Assembly (NCBI GenBank): GCA_973851085.1
Contig: OZ316776.1
Span: forward strand, 8,556,001 to 8,620,000
Length of the DNA: 64,000 nucleotides
Source: Ptychomitrium polyphyllum
Taxonomy: Eukaryota
Direction: 5' to 3'
In this document: positions 37,359 to 50,131 of the stretch, in pieces
How positions within the stretch are numbered: position 1 is the first letter of the stretch
Layout: each line of letters begins with the position of its first letter
Translations under genes and position numbers: made by a program
The notes under the pieces: model-generated
What the model saw: only the letters and a program-made list of their open reading frames with translations
Databases searched by the model: none
Told to the model about the DNA's origin: nothing

Positions 37359-38903
37359 TAAGTGAAGTTCGCCAGAGTTCTCAGAAGTTCTCGGGAGTTC
37401 CTCAGTGCTCTCCTGGGTGTCTCGCTGCGTGGGTGTCCAGGGCCTTGGGAAATCTGTCACCTTGCAGGCTTTGCCTCACGTGAGTCCATTGCATTCGATG
37501 AGTTACTGCTCTCAGCATTGCTCTGCATTGCCATTTCCTTCTCACCCCTAGTATCCTTGTAGCGGTATTGCTGCTAGGTTTTCACGGCGCTTGCGAACGG
37601 AGACGCTCCGGAGGCACTGGAAATGTGAGGTCAAATGCTGCACGCCGTCTTTCTTGATGTCACTTCGCTTCCTTCTGTAACCTTTAGCTCGTTTTGGTTG
37701 CCAATGCGAGAGAGCTCTATGCGCGAAAAGAGGTAGCAGGTCAAGTCTGTGGTTTTTTCGACGACAGGGTGTTTTCTTAGCCTGTTCGGGGTGAGCTTCG
37801 TGTTTCGGTTACTTTCTTTAATGGTGCAGTTTTCCAAATCGGACGTTAGAGTGCAGTCATCAATGCTGCAGCGGCTTTGTGGCTGTGAAGTTGTGTTAGT
37901 CATGGCGTAAGTTCGGGAATGCGCGTTGGCGGTTATCTTCAGTGTTTTACTGTTTCTTTCTGTCTCTGTCTCTCTCTCTGATAGACTCTGTTGTGGTTTC
38001 AGCTGTTATAACAGGTCTCGGCTTGCTATGTTCAGACTGTTTGTTTCTTGAATGCTTTTGAGAACGTATACCAGCTGCATGATTGCTTGTCGAGCAGAGG
38101 GGCATGATTATAGGTGCTGTGTGAGAGCTGGTTCTCGTCTTATTACTGCTATATCTTATGACGTACTACATGCACTTCCTACGTTGCACTAGCTAGAGTA
38201 TTGCGAATGTTGTAGCCGCTTAGGATCACGAAATGTTGCAAGTGAAAGTCACTCAACAGTTGAGGTATATTCAGAATTAGAACTGTTGTATTTGGCTCTT
38301 TAAGGTGGTGCGCATCCACCATAGTTTTCGACTCTTCACTGTAGACGCGAGAGTGACTACTGCTCTGTGGAAGCCCCCGTCTGTCTCTCTGAATTTCTTT
38401 CGAACATTTGAATTGTTCTAAGCTTCGGGCATGTTTGATTATGTAGGCATGACCTATAACTGCTCCGGCGGCTGTATGAGCGCTTTCTACTCGTTCTTAA
38501 ATGCAGTGCTTGCACTGCGCCTTTAGGATTCTCTTTCTACTGATATAAGCCTTCGATCTGTCCTTCTGCCTTTTATTTTGGTGTTTAGTATTTAAACCAA
38601 TAACAAGTTTGAAGTTTTGTGTTCTTCGCTAGGACCATGACGGCCAGGCCAGAGGGACTTCATTGGTCTTTAGCACTATAGAAGTGTCCCAAGGTTCATG
38701 TTTACCCTACATGCACTGATAATGTAAAAAATGTCAAATCACCAACAGCTGTGAGAAGGTCCCACAACAATGCGAGGTCTGCAGGGATCACTTTTTGGCT
38801 AGATCGCATCATTGAAATTGAGGGAGCTTTTAGTGTTGCTCCTGGAGGCTGTACCTCGAAGAAGTCGGGGAAGGAGGCTGAGCTTTGCGGCTTTACTTTC
38901 AGC

Positions 38904-41900
38904 ATGTTCAGAAGGGAGGAGGATGGTGTGTATCAGGAAAGCTTTCCCAAGGAGAAACAAATGGAGAACAATGACCGGTATTTTTTGACGGGCTTGCCGT
39001 CAGTTGGTCCAAACTCACAGTGTGTCGAGCTGGAGCAGATAAAATCTCCAAGATCCATGAAGAATATGGAGGTGCCAAAGAAGAAAAAGGAAGAGCCTCC
39101 TAGTGTTGCATATTACAAACTCTACTCCTTTGCAGATAGTTACGATGTGCTCCTCATGTTTCTTGGGACCATGGGCGCTTGCATGCACGGGGTTGCTATT
39201 CCTGTGTTTTTCATCTTCTTTGGCAAACTCATCGACGCCTTTGGAACTTACTCCGACGACCCCGCAACTATGAGCAAAGAAGTCTCTAAGGTGCATACAG
39301 AGTTCCATTTCTCGAAGTCTTCTCCTAAAAAAGAAAAGTAACTCATACGTGATTTTCTTTCGAGCACTCCTTGCTGAAGTCAAAGTGATCCAAAAAAATA
39401 CATGAAAATTGGATGCCTCTGAATGCTTGATTGTCCTTAGAAATGTCATTTGTGCAGTATGCTTGTGGCTTTGTTTTCACAGTTGTCTGAGAGCATCTGA
39501 CAGTGAATGGGTTGAATGAATATGAGAGAAATGTGGACACTTCGTTTCTCACGAGAATGTAATTGTATTTCAGAACGCTCTGTTTTTCCTGTACTTGGCG
39601 ATTGTGGTCTTCGTGTCTGCATGGCTTGGTAAGCTAGCTACTACCTGGCATTTTGGTAAACATTTCATTATATCCTTCCCGTGATCTGAACTTGAAAATG
39701 CATTTCCATGCTTTAAGATATTCACTTGTACTCTCATTGCTTAGAAACATATCTGTTGCGGTCTTTAATTCCAAGATCGGATTCTTTTCTTGCTGTCTGT
39801 TTGCTACTAGAGACTTAGTCCGGCCCAAGGCCACTCCACTCGAGTGCTGAGATGCCTTGTAGTAGGATCACTAATTCTTGATTGTAGGATGAGTACCTTA
39901 ATGTGTTCATTCCATTGCAGAGGTCGCATGCTGGATGCAGACAGGAGAACGGCAATCGGCTCGAATGAGAGTAGCATATCTTCAGGCCATGCTTGCTCAA
40001 GATGTAGGTTTTTTCGATACTGATGCCAGCACGGGGGAGATTGTTAGTCGCATTTCCAGCGACACAGTGTTGGTGCAAGATGCCATAAGTGAGAAGGTAC
40101 GTAAGAAACTTAACGGTTGATGCAACTTTATAGTCCACATGATTAGTAGTTTCAAATTGATCAATTTATACGAATAGTATGCTCGTTGAGTAAGAAATTT
40201 TAAAATAGAACTTGACGAAATTGAGTTGGAACAGTTCTCTTTGTGATTTTGATGTTGGCTGACTAGTACCATCTGCTTGCAGGCAGGAAACTACGTACAT
40301 TACATGGCCAGGTTTATTTCAGGTTTTGCAGTAGGCTTTACGTCGGTGTGGCAACTTACTCTTGTCACCCTTGCTGTGGTGCCTCTTATCGCACTAGCTG
40401 GAGGTTCTTATGCGGTTGTTATGATTGGACTAACCAGTCGAAGCCAAAAGGCCTACTCAAAAGCTGGAGAAATTTCTGAGGAGGTTTGTTCAATATTTCT
40501 TTTTTCGTCATCAGGGCAAAATTGTCACCGTACATTTTCTCGAATTTTTCCAAGTTTTTTTTTGAATAAAATTCTACCAAGATCTAGCTCAGCTAAGGGG
40601 TCATGCTGTTTTACTGATAATATAATTTCTAGTTGGTGCTTCAGTCCCATTTCTGATTTGGCTGCTGGATGTTGAGCTTGAACAGGCCATTTCTCAAGTT
40701 CGGACCGTGTACTCATTCGTTGGTGAGAATAAGGCTCTCAAAAAGTACTCGGATGCCTTAGAAACTACTCTAAAACTTGGGAAGAAAGGAGGTTTAGCCA
40801 AGGGGTTGGGCGTCGGTTGCACTTACGGTCTCCTTTTTGGAGCATGGGCTTTACTGCTTTGGTATGCACACATACTTGTGTTCAAAAACATAACCAATGG
40901 CGGCCAAGCTTTCACGACTATCCTGAATGTTATCATCAGTGGGATGTAAGTGCTTAATCTTTAATGCGAATCTATGTCCGTTTTGGGTAGTGGTATACTA
41001 TCAAATCTGCCATAGCAGTGGATGCTTGCAGCAGAAGCTGACAACTTGATTGTTCCCTGTTCGCAGTGCCTTGGGTCAGGCAGCACCGAATTTGACAACT
41101 TTTGGTAAAGGGAAAGCAGCAGGATATAACATACTTTCAATGATTGCGAAGAAGCCTTTTGTAAGTCGAAACAGGGATGGATCAATCCTGTGCCAAGTGC
41201 GAGGCCAAATTCAATTTAAAAGTGTCGCGTTCTGCTACCCTTCCAGACCTGAGGTTCAGATTTTCCAAAACTTATGTCTCACCATCCCAGCCGGAAAGAC
41301 TGCAGCTATGGTTGGGGGCTCAGGGTCAGGAAAAAGTACCGTAATTGCTCTTATTGAACGATTTTATGATCCTTCTTCAGGTACAGAGTATATATATTAG
41401 TCAGCTGCTTTTGAAGTATATGCAAGTTGAGCCACTTGATTAATTTCTTACCTGTTTACATCGACATAATTTACTTACATTGCTTTTAATGTAATTGAGG
41501 ACCTCGGTAATGCAGGTGAAGTACTGCTTGACGGTTATAATATCAAGAACCTTGAGCTACAGTGGCTCCGTGAGCAGATTGGTCTAGTCAACCAGGAGCC
41601 TGCTCTGTTTGCCACCAGTATTCTAGAGAACATCTTGTATGGCAAAGACGGTGCGACAATGGAAGAAATCCAAAATGCTGCAAAAGCAGCGAATGCTCAT
41701 TCCTTCATTACTAGTCTTCCTAACGGTTATGATACCCAGGTATGGAAACTCAAACCTGGCCCGATTCTGTTGGTGTTTCGTCTTTAGACGAGGTCAATAT
41801 GCACGAGGGTGAACACTGAATGCCGAAACCATTTGCATTAAGCGCTATTCCATTGCACTTTTTCAAGTGAAACAATAATGTACGATTGAACAGATTCCGT

Positions 41901-44900
41901 TGTGTTGATGATATTTCCTGTTTGAGCAGGTGGGAGAAAGGGGTGTCCAGCTTTCAGGAGGTCAAAAGCAACGAGTTGCGATTGCTCGTGCCATGCTTAA
42001 GAATCCCAGAATCCTCCTGCTTGATGAGGCCACGAGTGCTCTTGATTCTGGATCAGAAAGCATTGTTCAAGAAGCACTTGATCGGCTCATGGTCGAACGA
42101 ACAACAGTTGTCGTTGCTCATAGACTTTCCACTATCAAGAATGCTGATATGATTGCTGTGCTCCAGCAAGGCGTGGTGGTGGAGATAGGTACACATGGTG
42201 ATTTACTTGCTAAAGGAGAGGCTGGAGCATACTCGCAACTCGTGAGAATGCAAGAAGCAACTGGTCAAAGCAAGCTGCCTGAAACAGTAATGGACCAGGA
42301 TCAGGTCGAAACAGCCCATATAACAACGCAGAAAAGGTAGAATAACTTCTTTTTATACAAGTAGTTCCTGTTGACAATCACATGCACTGTTTTCTGCTAT
42401 TTGGTGAATAACTATACTGCTCTTCTTGGAATATATTATGCTGACGTATAATTTTGGATACAAAGAGCTGTTCATCACTCACACACTTTGGATCAAATTG
42501 TTCTTCAGGCATTCAAGGGGCAGTTCCCTGTCCCAGCGGTTTAGTCAGCGTTGGAGCTTTCGTCTTGGTGACAGTTTTCGAATGGGGGTTAGCTTTCGTC
42601 AGGTCCCTGATCCTGAAACTGAGTCTTGGCTTGGTGAAGAGAATGAACTTTCTCTTGTACATTTAAAGCCTCATTCATCCCCTTCCGTGTGGACATTACT
42701 CAAAATGAACTCTCCGGAATGGCCATACGCTGTTCTGGGGTCAGTTGGTGCCATAATGGCTGGAGGTGAAACACCTCTGTTCGCTTTGGCTATCAGCCAG
42801 ATGCTGGTCACGTTTTACAATCCGGATCACGATTATGTGAAACGAGAAGTTCGCAAAATTTGTCTCATCTTCGCTGCAGCAACTATTGCGACCGTTCTCA
42901 TCTACGTCTTGCAGCACTACTTTTATGGACTGATGGGTGAAGTTCTGACTATGCGAGTGCGGAAAAAGTTGTTTTCATGTAAGACTCATTCTCTATATTT
43001 ATCCTTTGTGATCACTGTACTTTAGAGATTGCGTTTTTAACAACTCACTCATGTTCATGGTCTTGTTTAGTACAGAAGTGTTTCTTGTTTGAAGAAAAGT
43101 AGTTCTGACATGTAAGCAAAGTTTCTGAACTTGAACTAGGATGTTTCTAATCTACACTGTTCTAAATGAATCACCTAGTACCATTGTTGAACATCGCTAT
43201 GAGAAGGTTACTAAGAATTTTTTTTGGCTTGTTGAGCAGCCATTCTTACGCAGGAGGTAGGCTGGTTTGACGAGGAGAAAAATAACAGCAGCTTAGTGTC
43301 TGCACGCCTTGCAACGGATGCCACTTTAGTCAAGGCTGCTGTTGGAGACAGAATGTCCACCATCATACAGAATTTAGCTCTTGTCGTCACAGCGTTCTGC
43401 ATCGCCTTTTATCTTCAGTGGAAAGTGGCTGGAATCATCCTCTTAACTTTCCCATTGCTCATTGGTTCAGCCGTTGGTGAGGTATGTCACGCGTTCATTG
43501 GAATCGATAGTCCTCGCAATGGTTTGCACGTACATAATCTGAAGTATGGATGAAAGTAGAAAAGCCCATGTCTTGTTGGGTAGATCTTGAAGGAGTGTTA
43601 AGCTGCTCATGTTTCACAGTCATTGGGCATTTACGGTATCACTCTTCCCTCTAGACTTTGCATCATCTGCAGCATAACGAGATAGTCTCTGTTAGTCACT
43701 GTGTATTTTGTTGAGGTCTTAATGTAAGTGATTCCTCTTTTCTTAGTGCTTTTATTGCATTTACGCAGTGCATTTACTTGAATGGAAGATATCTAACCTC
43801 ATTGGGTTATTGCAGCAATTGTTTTTGAAAGGCTTTGGTGGCGACCTTGGAAAAGCTTATGGTAGGGCGAGTATGGTGGCCGGAGAAGCAGTGGGAAATA
43901 TCCGCACAATAGCAGCCTTCTGCGCTGAAGATAAGGTCTTAGACCTCTTCATTCGTGAACTCGAGGAACCCAAGAAGAAAACGTTTCTCAGGGGTCAGCT
44001 GTCAGGTGTTGGCTATGGTTTGTCCCAATTCTTTATGTATGCGTCTTATGGCTTGGCTTTATGGTATGCATCAACGTTGGTAAAAGCTGGTAAGGCTCAC
44101 TTCGATGAAGTTCTGAAAGTCTTCATGGTGCTCATCATCACTGCTTTTGGTGTGGCTGAGACACTTGCACTGGCACCGGAGATAGTGAAGGGCTCTCATG
44201 CTCTGACCTCTATTTTTGAAATCTTGGACCGCAAAACTGCTATCGATCCCGAGAATCCACTCGGGGAGGAGGTGACACGAATTACTGGGGAGATTGAACT
44301 TAAGCATGTCAGCTTTGCCTATCCAGCAAGACCTGACATTCACATTTTCACAAATTTCGACTTAAAAATTAAAGCGGGGAGGAGCTTGGCGCTCGTAGGA
44401 CAAAGTGGATCAGGTACACCTTCACCTCAATGTTGCATGTGGTAGTTGGCAGGCTTCCGCTAATTAAGTGTGTGCTTTATGAAGTACAATCCACTTTTTA
44501 AACCAGAAGGGTATTTGGCAAGCTCATTGGTGTTTCAAATGTGTCTGAGCTTTCAAATGTGTTAAGGTTGTAGTTAGGCGCATGAACATATTTGACGACA
44601 CCCTTAACAGTGCGAGACCTACTTATTGTGGGCACTATCCCGTACTCGGTATAGTCAATTAATTTCAAGCTCGTGTTTTTGCAGGCAAGAGCTCTATAAT
44701 TGCTTTGATTCAGAGGTTTTATGACCCTCTTGCTGGAGCAATTTTGATTGATGGTACTGACATTCGAAAATTGAAATTGAGATCCCTTCGTCGGCACATT
44801 GGACTTGTCTCTCAGGAGCCAAGTCTATTCGCTTGTACAATCTATGAGAACATTCTGTATGGTAGAGATGGGGCGACTGAGAGTGAGGTCATTGAAGCAG

Positions 44901-45518
44901 CAAAAGCTGCGAATGCGCACACCTTCATATCCGGACTACCTAATGGATATCAGACGGAGGTTGGTGAAAGGGGAGTTCAGTTGTCCGGAGGCCAAAAGCA
45001 GCGAGTGGCAATTGCTCGCGCTGTTCTGAAGGATCCTACCATTTTGCTGCTTGATGAAGCTACAAGTGCTCTTGACTCTCAATCTGAGAAAGTAGTCCAG
45101 GAGGCCCTCGACAGGTTGATGTATGGGAGGACGACTGTTGTTATAGCACATAGGTGAGCAACTTCTGATCTCTTGAAGAAACTATTTCTAATTTACGCAA
45201 AGCATTTGGTGGGACATTTACGAATGCTCCATTTTAAGTTATGGTGTTTGCCTGCATTGGTACTTGATTATGACTCCTTGTATGCCGAATGCAACTATTG
45301 TCTTCGCTCTTATCATATCAGAGGTTATTAATAACGCATTTTTGTGCAGGCTCTCAACTATCCGCAACGTGAACACAATTGCTGTCATCAAGGAAGGTCA
45401 GGTTGTGGAGCAAGGCAGCCATAGAACATTGATGGCCAAAGATGAAGGAGTCTACGCACAACTCATCAATTTACAGCATAACAAGACTGGTTTAGACGCA
45501 ACTATCAGCCTCTCATAG
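38904..45518 (+). CDS. ABCB: Full-length ABC transporter, subfamily B (MDR/P-glycoprotein), about 13 exons
   Basis: TMD-NBD-TMD-NBD layout: [29 protein letters not shown], Walker [10 protein letters not shown] and GQSGSGKSS, signature LSGGQKQR twice, [11 protein letters not shown] twice, [14 protein letters not shown]; stop TAG 45516-45518. ATG 38904 follows an acceptor (tttactttcag|c). An alternative start is 38961. Confidence 0.95.
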
Positions 45519-46280
45519 TGAGGGTCTTAGTGATTGGATTGCTGGGCATATACAAAGCATTTAACTCCTACCTGTATACAAATACTGGTTTTGATCGTGA
45601 GAAGTCGTAACTCTTCAACTCAATCTCTGTGGTTAAGGCGAATAAGGAAGCCACGTCCTTGGGTGCGACACAATAACCCTTGGCAGTATGTGGATACTTA
45701 AGACTGTACACAAGCGAGCTGCTTTGAAATGACTAAAAGGTCAATCACGGGCTCAGAGTACTAGTGAGCATTCTATTTCGATTGGAAGTGACTAAGAGGT
45801 CAGTTACATACAGAGACTTGATTTATAGGATCACTTTTTTACATATTAGTCTCGTTGTAAATTGTAAGAATAGAAGTAGAATGTACTTCCATGAAAGTAT
45901 TAAGGCCCTATTGGCCTTTTTCCATAACATCTGGAAGGATGGAGATAAAAAATCGTTCCACAATAAAGGAGTTCAAGATGAAGATATTTCCTTTTCCACC
46001 GTTTTTACAGAATTTGATGTGGCTGTCGTGGATGATAATTATTACTTGCTGCAGCAGCTGCTTCAAATTTGATTTTTTCTATTTTATTCCCTCTATCTGC
46101 CTCTAAAAGTTTGTGTAGCGCTTAACAGTGATTACAATCAACAGCCGGTTGCAATGTGAGGAGCCATCTCTACCGAATTAACTATTTGTATTGTACTCAT
46201 AACCATCAATGGAAAGATTGCAATATGATTATCAGTATAACCATATATATCATCAATTACGAGAGTAAATTAGTTCTTAT

Positions 46281-46951
46281 TCAGTCCTGGGTACAAAGTG
46301 TGTTTGCCATGTTAATGTTTCCTTTTGTAGCGTTGCTGTAAGGGCAATTCTGCTGTGCATCCTTGATCACCTTATCAGCTCCCCACCCCGTCCAATTTGA
46401 CCTCTTACCTTTGTCATCTTGCACCAAAGAGACTTGACTGATGCCCGTCAGACGCCTTGTTATTTTTGGCAGCCACTCCAACGGCACCCTGGAAGCAAGC
46501 TGCAAAATCAAATCCGATTGAAAACAACGAAACTAGTTTACTTCCACACCTTACCTTGTGAAGAAATTTTGCAATCATCGCCAACATGATTTCAACGTTC
46601 ACTCATATCTGTTGACATGGAAACATGTGCACTTGGACGGGAGCATCTACAGTATACTGGTCTACATAACCAGCTACAAAAATTGTTCAGGCAACGTGAA
46701 CTCAAACTGAATGTTTTGTTGTTCTCTGTTGACTTGGTAACTTGAGTAATATGTGTTCGAGAGACGAATAATCCATACACTCGTGCATAACCAACTGCAA
46801 GGAACTCCTCAGGGTTGATGCGCTTGCCGGGTCCACGCATCCCTTTTGGGAGGCCCAGGGTGAGCTTCAGGTGTTCGGCGTCCGAAATGCCTTCGCCATA
46901 CCGTCGCCCACTCGTCACCAGCGCTTGTGCTGTAAACAGCGTTTTTGTGGC
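46281..46951 (-). pseudogene. ohr: Ohr/OsmC-family organic hydroperoxide resistance protein, disrupted
   Basis: 46951-46784 reads ATKTLFTAQALVTSGRRYGEGISDAEHLKLTLGLPKGMRGPGKRINPEEFLAVGYA. After acceptor 46500 it reads (A)CFQGAVGVAAKNNK. A different frame gives ..VIKDAQQNCPYSNATKGNINM. No in-phase GT donor after GYA, a frameshift near 46460, an apparently missing segment, and no ATG found. Confidence 0.8.
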
Positions 46952-47942
46952 AAATTCCGGCTGGGAGCCGGCAGCACCAAGGACGAGCGGCCCCGGGAGG
47001 CAGCTCCCTCTGAATTGATTTTTAGTTTGCTTAGCTTGAATGCACAACTATGATGTAAAAAAAATCATAGTTTTTGAAATTTTATTTATCCGTAAGATAG
47101 TCTTCATTCCAAAAGATTAAAACACATGATAAAATCTTGGAAAATACGTGTAAAAATGAGATGTTTTTCATCTGAATGATAAATTGATTTCAAAAACATT
47201 AGATAAGCGGTGCATTCATATTCTAACCATGGCATTCAAAAATCGTTTCTTTTTGCAGTCATTGGCTTCTATTGTGAAGGACCTACGGCTTTTCTTATTT
47301 ATATTGGACTACTTTTTTAGCTTGAGTCAAGTGTCAGCTTGAATTAAGTGCTTTTTAAGTTTCTTTTCTGACTTATTTTATTATAAAATTCAAAGTATTG
47401 AAAGATAGGATAAAATGTGCATAAATACATGCCAATTATGGGCCATTTCCATCCTTGACTCTCTTTGCTTTGTTTTAATGTAATTGATGGTAATATTGAC
47501 AAAAAACCATTATAACACATTGTCAATTTCTTTCCTAAATAAATATTGAATTATTGTAAAATCAATTCAAATCTTTGTTGGATGTTTCTTATATTAAAAA
47601 GTTTGTTTGGCACATTGTGGACAAACTCATCGCTAATAATTCAAGAATATTTTTTTTAAGCAATCAACTCAATGTATGTCAAAATGTTGTTAAAACAAAG
47701 ACTTCAAAACAATTGTTATATAAATAATATAGTAGGAAATATATTATATTTGAAACTAAACCAATGAATTTTATTTGTATATTCTACTTGGCACAATTTT
47801 TGAATCCAATGGTAAAAATCTATTTTTTCTACTTTAATTCCTTAGCATAATTAATTCCTAGATAAGTCAACTTTAATATCAATGATGAATATCAAGGTTA
47901 TACATACTTGTTTAAAATATACATATACACATACATATACAT

Positions 47943-47948
<6 letters not shown>

Positions 47949-48002
<54 letters not shown>
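47949..48002. repeat. (AT)n microsatellite
   Basis: Direct reading. Confidence 0.98.
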
Positions 48003-48006
<4 letters not shown>

Positions 48007-49617
48007 TTTTTAAATTTTATTTTTATTTTTTAAATTTTTAAATTTTTAAATTTTAAAAATAAATTAAAGGCAATTGAATTCAATGTATTTGTTCATGAAT
48101 ACATGTTGCATGTATAATATTTGACAAATGAGCAAATTAAAAAGTATATTTATTCAATAATGTTAGAAAACTATTTGTCCTTTAAAAAATTTGCAAGCTA
48201 CATTTTTCAACACATGAGGTTTTATAAAGATTTTAAGAAGGTGATGGCATAATTCTAAATCCATGCATATCTACTTCTTTATTAATGAATTAGAAAGAAA
48301 TTTAATACAATGGTTTAGGATCTAATTTTTTCCATAAGCACCTTGACCAGAAGAAATTGTAATCCACTTGCATTTGATGTTATAAATGATATTAGTCAAA
48401 ATGTTGCAAATGAATCCATGTACATATTTGAACTAGATTCATTTTATTAATAGATCTTCTTACACCGAGTGTGAATAAGTCTTTAGTTTAAAAGTTGAAT
48501 CCTTCAAAATAATATAATTGAGAACATTTTGGATGTAAATTGGTATTTTGTAAGGGCCTTTACATTAGGAATCACAAAAATAATCTATAGGCTTCAAAAT
48601 TTGGATAAAGAACAAGTAGTTTGTGTTTACTTATTCTACACAAGTATTATTAAAAAAGATGATCATAAAATTTGGCATCATAAAAAAAAATCTTTATTTG
48701 AAAGATGATGTTTCATAATTTGATGGAATTTGTACTAGGTTGAGGAGCAAAAGACAACTTTGTTACAATTCAAACAAGTACTTATGCCAAAAATGCTAAT
48801 TTCATAATTATTTAAGTTTCTTTTCCTTCCATTGTTCTTATATTTAGTATAGTGGCTATCTTCTAAATGCTTTGAAAAGTTCAACTTATTAAATCCTAAA
48901 TTCAATCAACAAGATGTTGTTTCTTATCCTTGTTCCTCAGCTACCTTGCATAATATGCAATTTGGTAGTTTTCATCTCCTTGTTCAATTTTTTGTTCTTA
49001 CTTGTTTTTATTATTTTTCAAAGTACTATGGAGAATGCCGTCAAGGTAGAAAGTTGGTCAAAGATTCTCAAAGACAGAGAGCGGATTTAAAATTAGAGGT
49101 GATGCATCAATTTGCAATAGCATGGTTTTTGAGAGTAGTGATTCTTATATGCCTCCTCAGATTCTTCAACCTCATATCTCAGCATAGGTTGAACAAAAAT
49201 TTTAAGGTGAAGAAAGACAAAGCCACAGCAAAGGAACCACAAACAACAGAAGATCCAGCAAGAAAGAGGGATCCATGATACACGAAAATGAAGTAACTGA
49301 CAAAGAAAAACGTAACTAAGATTAGAATGTCAAATGAGGAAGGAGTTATACCAGAATCACCAACAACTCTTAAACTCTAAACCTTCGCTGTAATCTGAAG
49401 AGAAATGGGCGAAGAATTTGTCAAGACCTCAAACAAACAAGGTATAACAAATCTCATACTGTTTTCCGAAAACATGTTTCAGGTATTTGCAAAGTATATA
49501 GCACAGTATCCAATGAACCATTCAAAGAAACTGTTACTTATATGTAATATAGCATGCAAAAGTGGGGTACTGTGAGAACATAGAATTAAGGTGAGTTGAG
49601 GCTAGGTGAGGAACACT

Positions 49618-49642
49618 GCCACGTGGCGATGACAAGTCATCG
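49618..49642. promoter_or_regulatory. Palindromic G-box/ABRE (GCCACGTGGC) abutting a CGATGAC-AA-GTCATCG inverted repeat, upstream of GLYI
   Basis: Motifs read directly about 500 bp upstream of the GLYI ATG; function is inferred. Confidence 0.4.
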
Positions 49643-50131
49643 ACGATGAATGGTGTCGTCTCCGCAGGAGCTTGGGGCATGGAAACATGGCAATCTGCAG
49701 AGCACCGGGCACTTGCATTACACACTCATGTTGCACTAGTGCGGCTTTGGGAGGCAAGGTAGTGTACCTGTGCATTATCACCTCTCTTGTGAATCCCACT
49801 TCGCTGAAAGTTCCCACCCAAGTTTTCTCCTTTGTCCGTGGCCTACAATCTGCAGTAAGCTGAGTTGTGTGCATGTGTGAAGATCCTAGTATTTGCGTTT
49901 CCATCAAAGATGCCAGTTTTGTTTTTCAGGGAACTTCACCCCAGCTTTGTGTTTCAGTGAAGATCCTAGTTTCGGAATTCCGCAAAGGTTTTGGTTTTTG
50001 GGTTTCTGGGAGAAGTGGAAGTAGTAGTAGAGTTGGCTTTGAAGGTTTGGGTTTTTGGGGTTTTGGTACTTACAGTAGAAGTTTAGAGTTCGGGTTTATG
50101 TGGGGGCTTTTGAGTTTCAGGGGAAGGGGAG

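Noticed and set aside
45764..46106. ORFs between ABCB and the Ohr relic
   Set aside because: No recognisable domain or splice structure; likely 3'-UTR or intergenic.
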